From: Conidiobolus incongruus B7586
Taxonomy: Eukaryota
Assembly (NCBI GenBank): GCA_000697335.1
Contig: JNEM01013031.1
Span: forward strand, 1 to 64,000
Direction: 5' to 3'
Length of the DNA stretch: 64,000 nt
Part shown: in pieces, positions 41,027 through 54,266 of the stretch
How positions within the stretch are numbered: the stretch's first letter is position 1
How the letters are laid out: the number at the start of each line of letters is the position of its first letter
Program-made: the position numbers and the translations under genes
The notes under the pieces: generated by a model
Seen by the model: the letters and a program-made list of their open reading frames with translations, nothing else
The model's database searches: none
Told to the model about the DNA's origin: nothing

Positions 41027-42096
41027 ATGTCAGGAAATAGTAACAGAATTGCCATTTTTCCAACTCGAATGTAATAGTCATCAATTATTTAAGTTTGTAA
41101 TTATTCAATTAAGTTGGGTTATTTAGGGCTTTAACAAGTATGAAACTGAAGTTAAAGGGAGCTCAAACTGGTCACAGTTTGTTAAAGCGTAAGAGTGAAG
41201 CTTTAACTAAGCGTTTTAGAGAGATTGTGGGTAAAATTGGTGAAGTAATAATATCAATTTTTTTTTCATCTGAATTTGCTGATTTTAATATAAATGAAAT
41301 ATTAGGCTAAATTGAAGATGGGTAAAATTATGCAAAATGCTTCATTTTCTTTGGCTGAAGTTACTTATACTACCGGTGATATTAGGTAAATTCACCTATG
41401 TAATTTTGTTTAAATTATTAATTATTTTTTCAATTCAGTTACAAAGTTAGAGAGAGTGTTAAAACTGCTCAATTGAGAGTTCGTACCAAGTTAGATAACG
41501 TTTCGGGTGTTATGTTACCCAAATTCGAATCTTATTCGGAGGGATCTAACGGTATGCTTTAGTTTTATTTTTTTAAATTTATTCATCACTGACAATTTGT
41601 TAGCTTTCGAATTGACTGGTTTAGGTCGAGGTGGTCAACAAGTTCAACGCTGTAAACAAACTTACACTAGTGCTGTCGAAGCTTTAATTGAATTGGCTTC
41701 ACTTCAAGTAATTTTTCATTCCTTTATTTCAAATTCAAAAATTATTAAATAAAAAATTATTCCAATTATAGACTGCATTCGTTACCCTCGACGAAGTCAT
41801 CAAATTAACTAATCGTAGAGTTAACGCTATCGAACACGTCATTATACCCAGAAAATACCATCAACTATATTATTTCTGAATTAGATGAAGCAGATCGTGA
41901 AGAATTCTTCAGACTTAAGAAAGTGCAAGGCAAGAAGAAGAGAGATAAGGAAAGAGATATGGAAATTCTTGATGCCAAATTGAAGGCTCAACAAGAATTA
42001 ATCGATCAAGGTCATATCCCAGCAGACGCTGCCGCCCTCCCTGGTGAAACTGCTAATATTTTGAACCAGGACCAGGATGAAGATATTATCTTTTAA
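41027..42096 (+). CDS. VMA8: V-type ATPase V1 subunit D; 6 exons (introns 41071-41126, 41245-41305, 41386-41438, 41552-41603, 41708-41771); frameshift at ~41850 as assembled
   Basis: Spliced translation FPTRMAL..GHSLLKRKSEALTKRFR..NVSGVMLP..LTGLGRGGQQV..ELASLQTAF..TNRRVNAIEHVIIP / ENTINYIISELDEADREEFFRLKKVQ..DEDIIF*. Confidence 0.93.
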
Positions 42097-43068
42097 ATTT
42101 TTTATCAGGAGCGCTAAATTTCTTGTTAGTTCACTTTGAATATTTTTAATAATACCACTATTAACATTTTAAAATGTTATAATTATTGATCAAGATAATA
42201 TTTATGAGTCTATTTTCATTGTTACCTTTTCAAACTATAGTTATTGATATTTAGCTTAATATCCAATAATAATAATCATTATTTATACACATATAATTAT
42301 TACTAATATAGGTTTTTTATTTGTTAATTATATTAATTATTGATTTGTATAATTTTTGGTTCTGCAGGTGAATCAATTTACAATTAGTAATTTATCAATG
42401 TAATTGATAAATTTCAAAATTTTAGTTCAATATTTTCCAATATATTCATTCTCATATTACTTTTTCATCAAAATAACCACTATTATTTAATTAATTACAT
42501 AAACATATTAATTAAAGTTAATTACCATGGTTTTAAGTTCAAAAATATATATAAATAAAGTTGATTCAATATGAATTGAATTAAATTGTATTGTATAATA
42601 TATTATATCATTTTGATAAACTCAAAATTAATTTTAATTCGAGTAATTTAAACAAAGGTGTTACCGTTTATTAGTAAATTTTTGAATTCAATTAAATACA
42701 ATTTAGAGTTAGAAAATCAATTATAGTTATAGTTGAACGAATACATAATATGTATAGTTAAAGATTTGAATTTTGATAACAACACAGTAACATCAATGAT
42801 TATATATAATATATTAAATCTAGAAAATGAAAAAAATCAACACTATATGATAATTTGGCTGCATTGAAAAAAGATAGAACCATATTTAAAGTAACTTATA
42901 TTAGAAAATATCAAAGAGTATATATATAAAGAATTCAAAGAAGTAGGATTTAATAAATGTCAAAGAAAAACAATGTAAAACTGATAAATGGAATAATCTA
43001 TGAATAATGTGTGGTTATTTCAATCAATTTTTCAGTTTAATAGGATTAGTGTTAGATACATGACAAAT

Positions 43069-43738
43069 TTAAAGCTTAGCTTTAATAACTTTATCAGCCC
43101 ACTTGTAAGCTGACATCAGACGGTCATTGCCCCAGAATAACTCACCGTCAGGGCAGATGAAAGTAGGAGCTCCAAAAAGTTCTTTGGTAATAGCTTCATC
43201 GGTGTTAGCCTTGAGGATATCTTTATATTTTTGAGAGTTAGCTTCCTGAACAATTTTGTCAGTATCAACATCAGATAAAATTGTTTTCAAAATTTTGCTC
43301 AAGTTTTCAGGCTTGGATACATCAACATCTTGAGTGAAAGCAGCTTCGTAAACTTTTTCTGTAAATCTAAGAGCTAAGCTCACTTCAGGTTCGGTATTAC
43401 GGATTCGTTCACGTCTAGATAAATAATAATGCGGTGAGCTAATACCGAATGAATGGGGAAGTGACTGGTCTGAAGTTTATCGTAGCCCAATTCCTTGGCC
43501 TGACGCTCGACATCACGCCACATATATTTTCCTTTGATGGGATTGACAATTGTTGGAGCTTGAACTCCCCGAGACTTGAACACTGCCCCAAGTACGATAG
43601 GCTTAAGCTCGAATTTGAGTTGGAAGCTCCTATCTCTGATCCTTCTAACAATTCTAAAGACCGCTAATGCGGAGTAAAAGCTACTAATATCAAAATAAAG
43701 TTTAATAGATTTATTCAAGTTGTTTTTATTAAAGACAT
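43069..43738 (-). CDS. DsbA-like thioredoxin-fold kappa-class GST / 2-hydroxychromene-2-carboxylate isomerase-like protein; two apparent 1-nt losses as assembled
   Basis: LYFDISSFYS, PIVLGAVFK, KGKYMWRDVER, FP.HSVLAHR, then LKANTDEA..LFGAPTF..GELFWGNDRL. ATG 43738 is one base out of frame, and the two ORFs join with one base added near 43420-43430. Confidence 0.8.
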
Positions 43739-44829
43739 CAAGCGTTTAAATAATCATCAATTGTGGATTAACGAGTCACATTGATTATGGATTAAAGTAA
43801 TGGGTAAATTGGGTTTAATATATTACTCAGTGAGATAATTTTTATTGTTTTATTAACTAAATTGAGCTTGATAGCTTAAATATTTAGAGAAATGTATTAC
43901 AGTTTTTAATGCTATATTTCCCATATTATCATTGCTTACTCCAAATTACAGATGACTCTTTATTATCCAAAATGCCCGACCATCAGATCATTTCATTGTT
44001 AATCGCTTGTAAAGATTATGGTGAGAAACTTTGAAACAAGTGATCACTGAATTTCAATTGGGTCAATATTTTTGAATTTGAAATCACCCATTAAAAATAT
44101 CTTAATATCTAAAAATATAGTTATGCTTGATGGAATAATGATAAATATGTTTAATTTTGCAAAATTGTTGATTGTATCTTATCCGCCAAGTCGTTACTGA
44201 TATATATATATATATAGCTTATTGGTTGATATATTTATTCTGAGTTGAAGAGTACAAAATATGATAGTTTTAATAATTTCAGTGTAGGATATTTTCAAAA
44301 GTTTTTCAAATTATTGGAAATAATTACTTTAAATCCAGAGACGTGTGATGATTTTATCACATGGTATGTTTGTAGTGATATTATCCAAATATTTTTTTAT
44401 CTAAATATAATATAAATTTGTTATTAAATTTTGATATTGAAAAATATATAATTCTTATAATTGCTTATATTTTTCAATAAAAACTTAACAGTCATAAATT
44501 ATTATAGTATTTATATAGTTAGATAGTTTTGATGGCGTATATATAATGGTTGAATCAAATATAATCTCTATACCAAATAGGCTATGTATAATGAATATAA
44601 TAATATCATTTCAAATGAAGTAAAGATTGAATCAAAATATAAATTAAAATAAATCTGGTAAAATCATTTATTATGATAGTAATTAAATTTATTATTTATT
44701 CATATAGTCTTTTGAAACATATTAAATATTAATGGAATTACAATTAAACATATAATTGAGTATAAAAGTAAAAGAATTTTTATTAATATTTGATATTTAA
44801 AAGCATTAAAATGAATATTTTATATAATA

Positions 44830-46358
44830 TTAATTATTAATTCTTTTTAATAATTCCAAAAACGATACATAAATAAAATAATTACCTAATGTTAATCCAA
44901 ATATAACCATTAAAGTCATCCAAAGTCCATCCAAAGTAAAAATATTACGTTTGAATCCATAGCTTAGTATATAATATACTACTGGTAATACAATACTAAA
45001 GTAGACACCACTTATAGATCCTGTTAAATTGGTGAATGTGTCGAAAAATCGAATTCCAATGATTAATAACCACATGATAAAATATGGAAAGCAGTGAACA
45101 AAAATATAAATTAGTTGAGATACTATGATATTGGCTTTAAATTTTTCTTTAAGGCGAGGGCGCTCTTCATCAACAACTAGAATCATACATATTAGACAGC
45201 TAGTGTAAGTTTGTATAATGAACATGACAGTGAGGAAGATCAAAACCCAACCTAATAAGAAATTAATATAAACAATTTATCTTACCAATCGATATATTAT
45301 GACTTACTTTTGGGTAAATTTTCATAAAAACTAATTGCTGCCACGTCACCATATGCCCAATAACCCATGATCCCAATAAACAAAAAGCTACAACATGTAA
45401 TTAATATCCCATAGAATGCTGCTCTATCCCAATTGTTTGGTTCTCTCATAGTACGCTCCAGATGAGGGAAGTTCAACAGTCCAGAAAAGCAATATAAAAT
45501 CAGATTGAATCCATTGGCTATTGTGGACAACTTGATAGAATCATATGCAGGGGGATTAGTTTCATAATCAGGACGACATTGAGCAATACATACAATGCAT
45601 ATTGAAATGACATTTAGAGATCCAATAACACTAGATATGATATTAGATTTAATTCATAATTAATCAGTTGTGATTATTATTCTTACGAGGTTACTGCTGT
45701 ATCATTCATTGTTCTAATAAAATAACCAGGAACTGCAATAGTAGCAATTGCAATGAATGCGCTAAAGTTCGGATAAAATAAGTATTATAAGTTGAGTTAA
45801 GTAGAAGAAATACCTCAGTTGAAAATAGTTTGTTACAAGATCATAAATATCGAGATATTTCAAAAATATCCTGACATTATCTAATATACTGACTACCAAG
45901 ACACCAACAGTACATATTTGAATAAAATGAGCTAATACTCTCACAACTTTACCATTCCAATATCCAAAAAAGTGAGTTGCAAGGGCTGTAAAATCATATA
46001 ATCTGTGACCTGGAACGCAGTATAGTGCTTTAACAAGGTATTTTGATCCTAACCAGGTCAGCCAACTTGTCCAAATAATCACAAATATGCCGAACCAGCC
46101 CGCTTGTGCAAATACCCATGGCATACTAGGACATACACCTACTGTGAATATACCAACAAGGTTCACTATAATTGAAAAACTAGTAGATTTTCTATCTTTA
46201 TTATAATCATCGATTAAACCTCCATGTCCTAGCCCGTACTTGCACACTTCACATTCTTCAAGATTGTGACCTTCCAGTTGAACCGATATATCTTTGTTAT
46301 TATCTTTGAGAGATGCATCAAATTCGTGTAAATCGACCACAATAGAAGTATTAGTCAT
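44830..46358 (-). CDS. Divergent AAAP amino-acid transporter; exons 46358-45814, 45761-45687, 45630-45308, 45251-44830
   Basis: Three GT-AG introns (45813-45762, 45686-45631, 45307-45252) give one open frame: VNLVGIFTVG..SMPWVFAQAGW, LYCVPGHRL, FPHLERTMREP, GYWAYG. First ATG is 46358. Confidence 0.85.
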
Positions 46359-49300
46359 TTCCAAATTATTCAACAAGTTGTTACTCAAATTAAGTTTATA
46401 AATTGATCTGATTAGGTTATTTATATATAACTAATAAGTATCAATATTCATAATCTAACAAGTTTTACAAAGAAATCCAAGTTCAATAGTATACACCAAT
46501 ACTAAGGTATAATAATAAGAGCAAGTGGATAATAAACAGACAATTAATCTTAGATAGGATGATTTCAACTGAGGATAAGCTAACTGAAAACAGAATATGA
46601 TTGGATTCATGTTACTCTTACCTTAACCTTTGATCTTGATTCAGTATTAATTATCACAACATTCATTCGCTTGATTATCAATTTTCATGCATGGAACGAT
46701 TTAATAAAAAGTCATTTTAACGATTAAGAACCTATTAGGAGAAACATTGGACTTGATTAGGTAATTTATTCCATATGTCATCATCAATAAATACTTGATT
46801 ACTAGATTATCCTCATTCATTAATTTTTAAATTATATTAATTATTTTATTAATAAAATTTCTTTTATAAAATATATTTTATCTTTTATAAGGTATTAAAT
46901 GAATAATTATTGAATTGGATTTTATCAGTTTACCCTCAATGAATGTCTAGTTCTCTTTCATGCTCCCTAAATCCCCGCAATATTATACTTTATTTTAAAT
47001 TAAACTAATTTTAGCAATTAAAGATAAGCTAAAGATAAAAAATTGTTAAAATAAGACCCTCAGTTATTTTACTAATTCATTAAGTAATGATTTAATTAAC
47101 TTTAGTTCCTTTTCAAATTTGAAAAATCATACTTAAAATGTGATTCAATGATCATTTCTAAATTTGGTATTACTAAATATTTGATAATAATTTAATAGTA
47201 TCTTGAAGTTATAAATCGGTGAAATATACTGTTTATATAATAATAATGATATTCCAATATATTAGTAAATCATATTTAATTATATCTATAACATATCTAA
47301 TAATACCATTCTTTTATTTCAATTGCATAATCAGTATTTTTTTTGAAATTTCAAAAAACGATACAAATTGATATCATAATTTTAACATAAAATTCAATCT
47401 AACAATATTTGGATATATAATGTTATCAGAGATATGCATATTATTGTTTAAAGGAATTTGATTCACTACTAAAAACTTTAGCATCCAGCAAGAATAATGG
47501 ATATGATTAATAAATATTTGACAATACTTCTTAAACATGTATTGTCAATAGGATTATAAAACAATACAAAATATTAAATTTGTTTTTCAAGGTTTTCAAA
47601 TTTCAGTATATATACTATATTTTGTATAATTAAATTTTATCTCTTGGTATAAATGAAGGTTAGCTCTATTAAAATATTTAATTCCAAATAATTTCCATAA
47701 TACGAAATGTATTTCATATGATAGATTTTTCAATATTTCATACTATATTATGATATCGAATTAAACTCTGAATTTTGAAAGTGATGGTGTTTTGATAAAA
47801 GCATTTATTAAACTAAATTTTACAAATTTCTTCAATGCAATAATTTTTTAATTACAGGATTTTATTTATTCCGTCAAATAATTCGTTTATAGCTATTGTT
47901 TATATATCATGTTTAGTTTCAAAAACATGATTTTATTTATATTAAAATCTATTATAATTGTTCCATATAATTATATATTTTATAAAAGTATCATATTCTA
48001 TATAAATATCTTCAATACAACTTATAAAATTTATTACGAAAAATAATCTCAACTTAAAAAAATTGCTGTTTTTAATTAATATTTTTAATGTAAATTATAA
48101 TACAAAGGATTCAAATACAATAACTATGGTATTTCTATTAATATATATTATAGTCAATAATTTTCTAATATTTTAACTAATATAACCATTTAATGGATTT
48201 CATTTTAAAAAGTTTTTCAGTTATAAAATAACTTTATGCTAAGGTATCTCACCATTATATATTCTTTAATTAAAGAGCAAACGTTGATATAAAATTATTA
48301 ATCCTATTACTCAAATAAATAATCAATTTGATTCGTTATTTATTACTGAAAACATACACTATTTTGTTCCACTAGTACAGGAAAAATATTAATTTGAACT
48401 TGGTTTTGAAATCGTGTTATTTTTTAAGAAAATAATTTGACAGCAATTATCATACTTATGTTATTAGGTATTTAAAGTATACTGGATTTATGTATATTTA
48501 GCAATATTGAGCAAATTAAAAGCCAAAATTATGATTTCAACAATCAATCAAATTGATAAACAAATTTTATCTTAAAAACAATATATATTTATTTATGCTG
48601 TTTTACTATTGTTTTGAAATTTTATATTCAGATGACCATACTTCATAGTTTAATTAATTTTTATTGAGACTGATAGTATTATTTTAGTTATTCAAGCTGA
48701 AGTAACAAATTTCATAATTAATATTCTAACATAGCCAAATTGGATATTTGATAGATATAATAATTTCATGTTGAAAATAATACAATTTATATATGGTACT
48801 ATAAGCATATTATAATAATTATTGAGATTGGAACATGTATTCGATACAATATATATTTTTTCTATTTATTCCAAAGTTCAAATTTAATTAGAGATTTAAT
48901 TTGAATTGATTTGAAATATAAAACTGAACAAGAGATTCATGAAAAGAAACGATATAGACAAAAAATAAAATGAATTCATGGTGAAATTATTATATTGAAT
49001 TATCCTATTTTATATAAAATATATCAAAATGACATTTTATAAAAATAATGAATAAATATAAACAGGCATTGAGCTTAGGCTTTTGATATTATGTTAATGA
49101 TATTAGTATTTTTAATGTGTATTTGATTTTGATAATTTTAGGAAGATTTTAAAATTATATGAATTATATTAATTTTTCAATTTTAATAATATTCATAAAA
49201 AAATTATATAACCAAATTTCATTCATTGGAAAAAGAAATTGTTGATTTATCAATGGCTGTAACTATAAAAATAATAAAAATTTATGGCGCAAGAACTTAA

Positions 49301-50792
49301 TTGATATAATATCTATTATTTATATGAATTTTGATAAATATGTTTAAAAAAGCAGTTTCCTAAAACCTGTATATATATTAAATTACAGAACTTTTTAATC
49401 CCGTTATAACCCAAAATAATAAATACTTTTGTTATGTTGAGATAAAAAATTTCTATTGAATCTAATTATACATCCAATTAAATTACATTTAGAGCTCCAT
49501 TCAATAAAGAATTATTATCCTAGTCAAACCATAAATTGCTTTCAAATCAATTAATCTACTTCAGAACAGCTTTAAAATCCATCATTAATTCATCGATTTA
49601 TTAATATAATTTCTCAATCATTATATCAACTAATGGATATAATTATCAATCGTTGATGTAATCTATTTGACCTCTAATTATTGATATTATTTTTCATATA
49701 CACTAATTTTTTATTTTCAAAACCTGAAATGTAGATGAAGTCTATTTGTAACACATTAATCAAATTATCAGTGTCTCTGACATTAAACCTTTATTAAAAA
49801 TTCCTTTGAGATATCTTAGATTTTGATTATACTGAACAATAATGAAACATGAAACTATTAATAAAATTGATATTTATTTAAAATCTTCAACTTTTAAATA
49901 CCTGATACAGTTAATAAAAACCTCACTAATTTCCACAAGATTGTTGAACTAAATCTTTAATTAATAGGATTTGTTATATAGAATAATTCATTAATTAAGA
50001 AATTGAAATTGAAATATATTGTCATTAATTCATCTAGTATAATAAATATAAGAATTATATCGACTTATTAAATAATTGATTATCATTTAAATTTAATATT
50101 AATAATGAGTATTAGTAATGAAGCAATTGTTAATTCAAGTTGTATAACTTTTATTTGGTTGCTTATACATAATTCAATGTACTGCAACCAGATAATCTAT
50201 AGTATTATGTTTTATATAAATCTTTAGTAAGTATTAAATACATTCGTATATAGTTCTAAATATCGATTACAAGTCAAGTTGACGAATAGTGCAATATAAT
50301 TTGTTTATAAATAGTAAAAAAAATTTCTTGAATTTATTAATTTTTTGTTCCTCTATTCTCAATATCTCAAAAATCAATTTAATTATGCATTATTGGAATA
50401 TTATACTGAATTAAATTATATTCATAGAATAAATTACTAAATCATCAGTATTATCAAAGAATCATTTGTTAGTATCAGTTGTAATTAAGAATTCAATTTG
50501 GAATAATAGTGTGAAATGGGTATAAAATATTAGCTTTAATTTCAAAAGTAAGGTTTTGGATTAAATCTTTGACTGATATTCATCTTTAAATTAGGCTGTG
50601 AATATTATATATCGTTAAGTCTATATGAATAAAATAACATATGCAATTGTATTAATTAATTAAAAGTTAGAAGCATCGTTGATACAACTATGAATTGATC
50701 CTTGATAAAATTCATCAAGTTATTTATATAAACTTTGATTATCTTTTATATAGATTTTTATTCTCATTTATTATATTTTTGTTATTATTCTT

Positions 50793-51933
50793 ATGATATT
50801 GTGAAATATTCTGTATTATTAAATATAATATTGCATTAATCTTTCATTTTGGCAAAAATCTCAAAACAACCACTTTCAAATGTCTAGTACAGATATTCGG
50901 CAATTCAGAGCTAATCCAAATTAAAAGGACAATAAAAAAGGAAAGAGCATCCGTGCACGCTTGGACTGGTTATAAAAAGCATACCTGGGGATTTGCTGAA
51001 ATCAGACTAATTTCCAATACGAAAAAGGACGATAAGTTTCAAAGTTGAAATTCCACGCTATTTGATGCAATGACCACTCTATGGCTAATGGATTTGGAAG
51101 ATTAGTTCAACGGAGCTGCAAAAGAAGTACTAGGTGCATATTTTACCAAAGCTCAAACTCTATAATGTTTTTAAAACCACCACACGATACTTAGGTAGGT
51201 TAATATAAGCTTATGATTTTCGATCATCTGAACAAGATGAAAAATTCTGCAATTGGATTATATCCAGTATATTTAGAGCTTTAAACATGCTAATATATAA
51301 CTGATGAAATCACTTTTAGAGTTCTTGAGGATAATTTTTATGAGTATCTGATGAGTTTATGCTTTGAATAATAGAAATTTTGAGTAGTTAAAGCAAATTT
51401 ACTTGGAATCAATTCAAGGTTTTAGATCTCTGATAATACATGGTCAAGATGGATTAGTATGTTTGTATCGGATCAATACTTCTGGTGATCCAGAAAATAT
51501 AATAGATCATTCATCGTTATTCACGGAAGGACTACTCTATTGCAGTGTTTTCATTCACAGCACTCGTAAAAGCTCCCAACTAGGTCTCAGCATCATAATA
51601 ACAGGGTGCGAATTTTATAGATTAAAAATCAAATTAGCTGCAGAGGTCATATCATTTTCTGGATATTCGCTAATGAAGCTTCTATATCCTATGAATTACT
51701 TAAGTGCAGAGATTGATTGCATTGAACAAATTTTCAAGGACCCAACTACATACACAATATATCTAAATGTAGAGAATAAGAGTATCCAATTCCAGCAGGA
51801 TGTTATTATACAGAGTTTCTTCTTTGCAAAAGAGCTGAGATATTTATATCTGATATTTCGGGATGATAATTTTTTGACTAGGATGAGTGGGTGCTGGATA
51901 CAGAAGTCCATACTTTCAAAATTCAAAAAATGA
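50793..51933 (+). pseudogene. GH47 alpha-1,2-mannosidase relic (copy 1)
   Basis: HAWTGYKKHTWGFAEI (~50956), LFDAMTTLWLMDL, TTRYLG, LESIQGFRSL, IDHSSLF, QSFFFAKELRYLYLIF. Many stops and deletions. Confidence 0.85.
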
Positions 51934-52026
51934 TAAAATAAAATTTATATTTCAATACAGTATTATATAATAAATAAATCTCTAAAATTATATTCATTTA
52001 AAATAGTTTTTCAAACTCAAAAATAT

Positions 52027-52345
52027 TGTCGCGCATCGGGAGGTCCGCTCGCCATTTAACTTCAACCACCTGTCATTATTCCGAATGTAATCCACTCACA
52101 AATATCAGATACAATCCCTGCACAATGGAAAATTCAAGACTATAACAGTAATTGGAGTTTCAACACATTGACAAAGGACTAACCACACTATAAAATAGTC
52201 ACTGGGCACCTATTCGCTCAGGGATCATCTCGATCAGGCCCAAGCCCTACACATTGATATTTTAATAAAACTCCTCTAAAGTATCTCGTTTTATCGAATA
52301 TGCTTAATCTTTATTGTAAGTCTACTTTCTAGAAGACTTGCAATA
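52027..52345 (+). mobile_element. Putative solo LTR
   Basis: GC-rich ~320 bp starting TGTCGC and ending GCAATA (two transitions from GCGACA), with TATAAAA (~52189) then AATAAA (~52264). Confidence 0.42.
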
Positions 52346-54266
52346 TTATATTTAATGATTTTCAAGGATGAAATTCGTAGTATTAGATGAGGCACAACTT
52401 GTATAATCAAATTGATACTAGAGTTTTCCTTTAAATAGATTATGGATGATAAATTTTCACAGTAGATATACTTTTCATTTTCCAAATGTCAAGAATATTT
52501 CATATCTTAAATTGGTATAAAATCTCAAATAAATATATTGTAAATATTTGAAAAATATATTTCCCCAACTTTGGTTAAATTATATTGATTTGAATTACAA
52601 TTTACCAACCTGTTAATAAAGCGTTTTATTCATTAATATTTGATTCATATATCTGATTATTGAATATGTCAACTGAAATCGATTTTTGATATAGTGGAAG
52701 CTTTTTTCAATAGTTATAGTATCATATCTATAATATATAAAATAATTGGCTTCATATTGATTTAATATATTATAAAATTGAGTTAACATTTGAAGGAATT
52801 TGAAAAAATTGAATAACCTAAGTGTAAATTATATATTTTGAATACAATATTAGTTAATGAAATATTACACATGAAGTCACTTATTGAAGTCCTAGACTAA
52901 TTTGCATAATATTTTAATGGTAGTTGAATTATATATATATTATAAACTGATAACTGTTTGTGGACTAAAAAGCTCATCAATAATGAAATATTGAAACAAA
53001 TATGGCTCATGACCAATTATTACTTGAATTGATGCAAAAATTTGATATTATTATTTAAATAGGAATAAGACAGAAAAATGAACTCTTCGTAATTTTGAAA
53101 TGACAAGGACCATGAAATTATTGATCTTTTCACTCATCTATTCATTGAAATCTGTTCCTGTAAAAAAAGCAAATAGCTCAAAAGTTTGAAATAGGACTAT
53201 CGTTGTAAGATTTTCTCTTTCTAATATGAGCTGCAATTGAGGCTATGATCAAGGCCGTAGAGATCTCATCATCCCTTTGGGTATTTTCACCGACGTAATC
53301 TATGACTTTGGCAATGAGGTGAGTATTTTCGCTGACTACATCCATAATTTGGAATGTTCTTCTCAAGCTCAAATAAAACAATGGATCTTGATGATGGAGA
53401 AAAATGAATTGAATTGTGAAAAGCTAATCAACTAAGGAAAGTTGTTGAGTAAAAATTGATTAACATAATAGATTTAAGTATTATATATATCCTGGTTAAA
53501 TTTCACATTAAATAAAATCACTGTTTTCTTAGGCATATAAAATAATATAATTCATTGGAATTTGAATATTAACATCAATTGAATCTGTTGAAATTAATTT
53601 AGAGACTAAGCTGAATATAATTAATTTGAAGTGTATATATAGTATTTTGATTAAGTATCTAAGGATTATGGTTATTTTAATCCAGCTTATAAAAAAGTTT
53701 TATTAACAAAATGATCAGTTAAAACAATTTAAAATAGGATTTTTGAATTGAACTATGATATTAATAATTTTCATTCTTAGATGACAATTTTGATATAAAA
53801 ATTACAAATTTGAGTAGATTTGAGCATAATAATTATTCAATTACATTTCATAAAAATATTTAATACTAGAGTGATTTTGAATTTTATTTTATAAATTATA
53901 TGACCTGAAAAGTAATATAGTTATACAAAACAAATATTATAATTTTATATACGGAATAAACAATTTTGATTTATTAAAAATTTCCAATTAAAGTAATAAA
54001 ATCTCTGAATTTTAGATAATTTGAACGCCTCATTTCTAATTAAAAATAAATTTGCCACAAAATAAAACATTAAAAAACATTCAATTATACTATTGTAAAT
54101 ATATTCTTTTCAATTTTAATAACTAAAAAATAAGATTATAAATAGTCAAAGGATACATGAATTGTAATGTTATATCATAAATATTATAGAATAATTAAAT
54201 TCTTTAAATAATTGATAAATCTATTCAATTCATTTTATTGCATTAGTATTAGTAATATAATTCAAA

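Noticed and set aside
43380..43383. Overlapping GTGA start/stop suggesting a bacterial-type two-gene operon
   Set aside because: The two ORFs are the N- and C-halves of one DsbA/kappa-GST fold, so a 1-nt frameshift is simpler.
53178..53381. 67-aa ORF with protein-like composition
   Set aside because: TTG start, no recognisable motif or exon partners; may be a gene fragment but unsupported.
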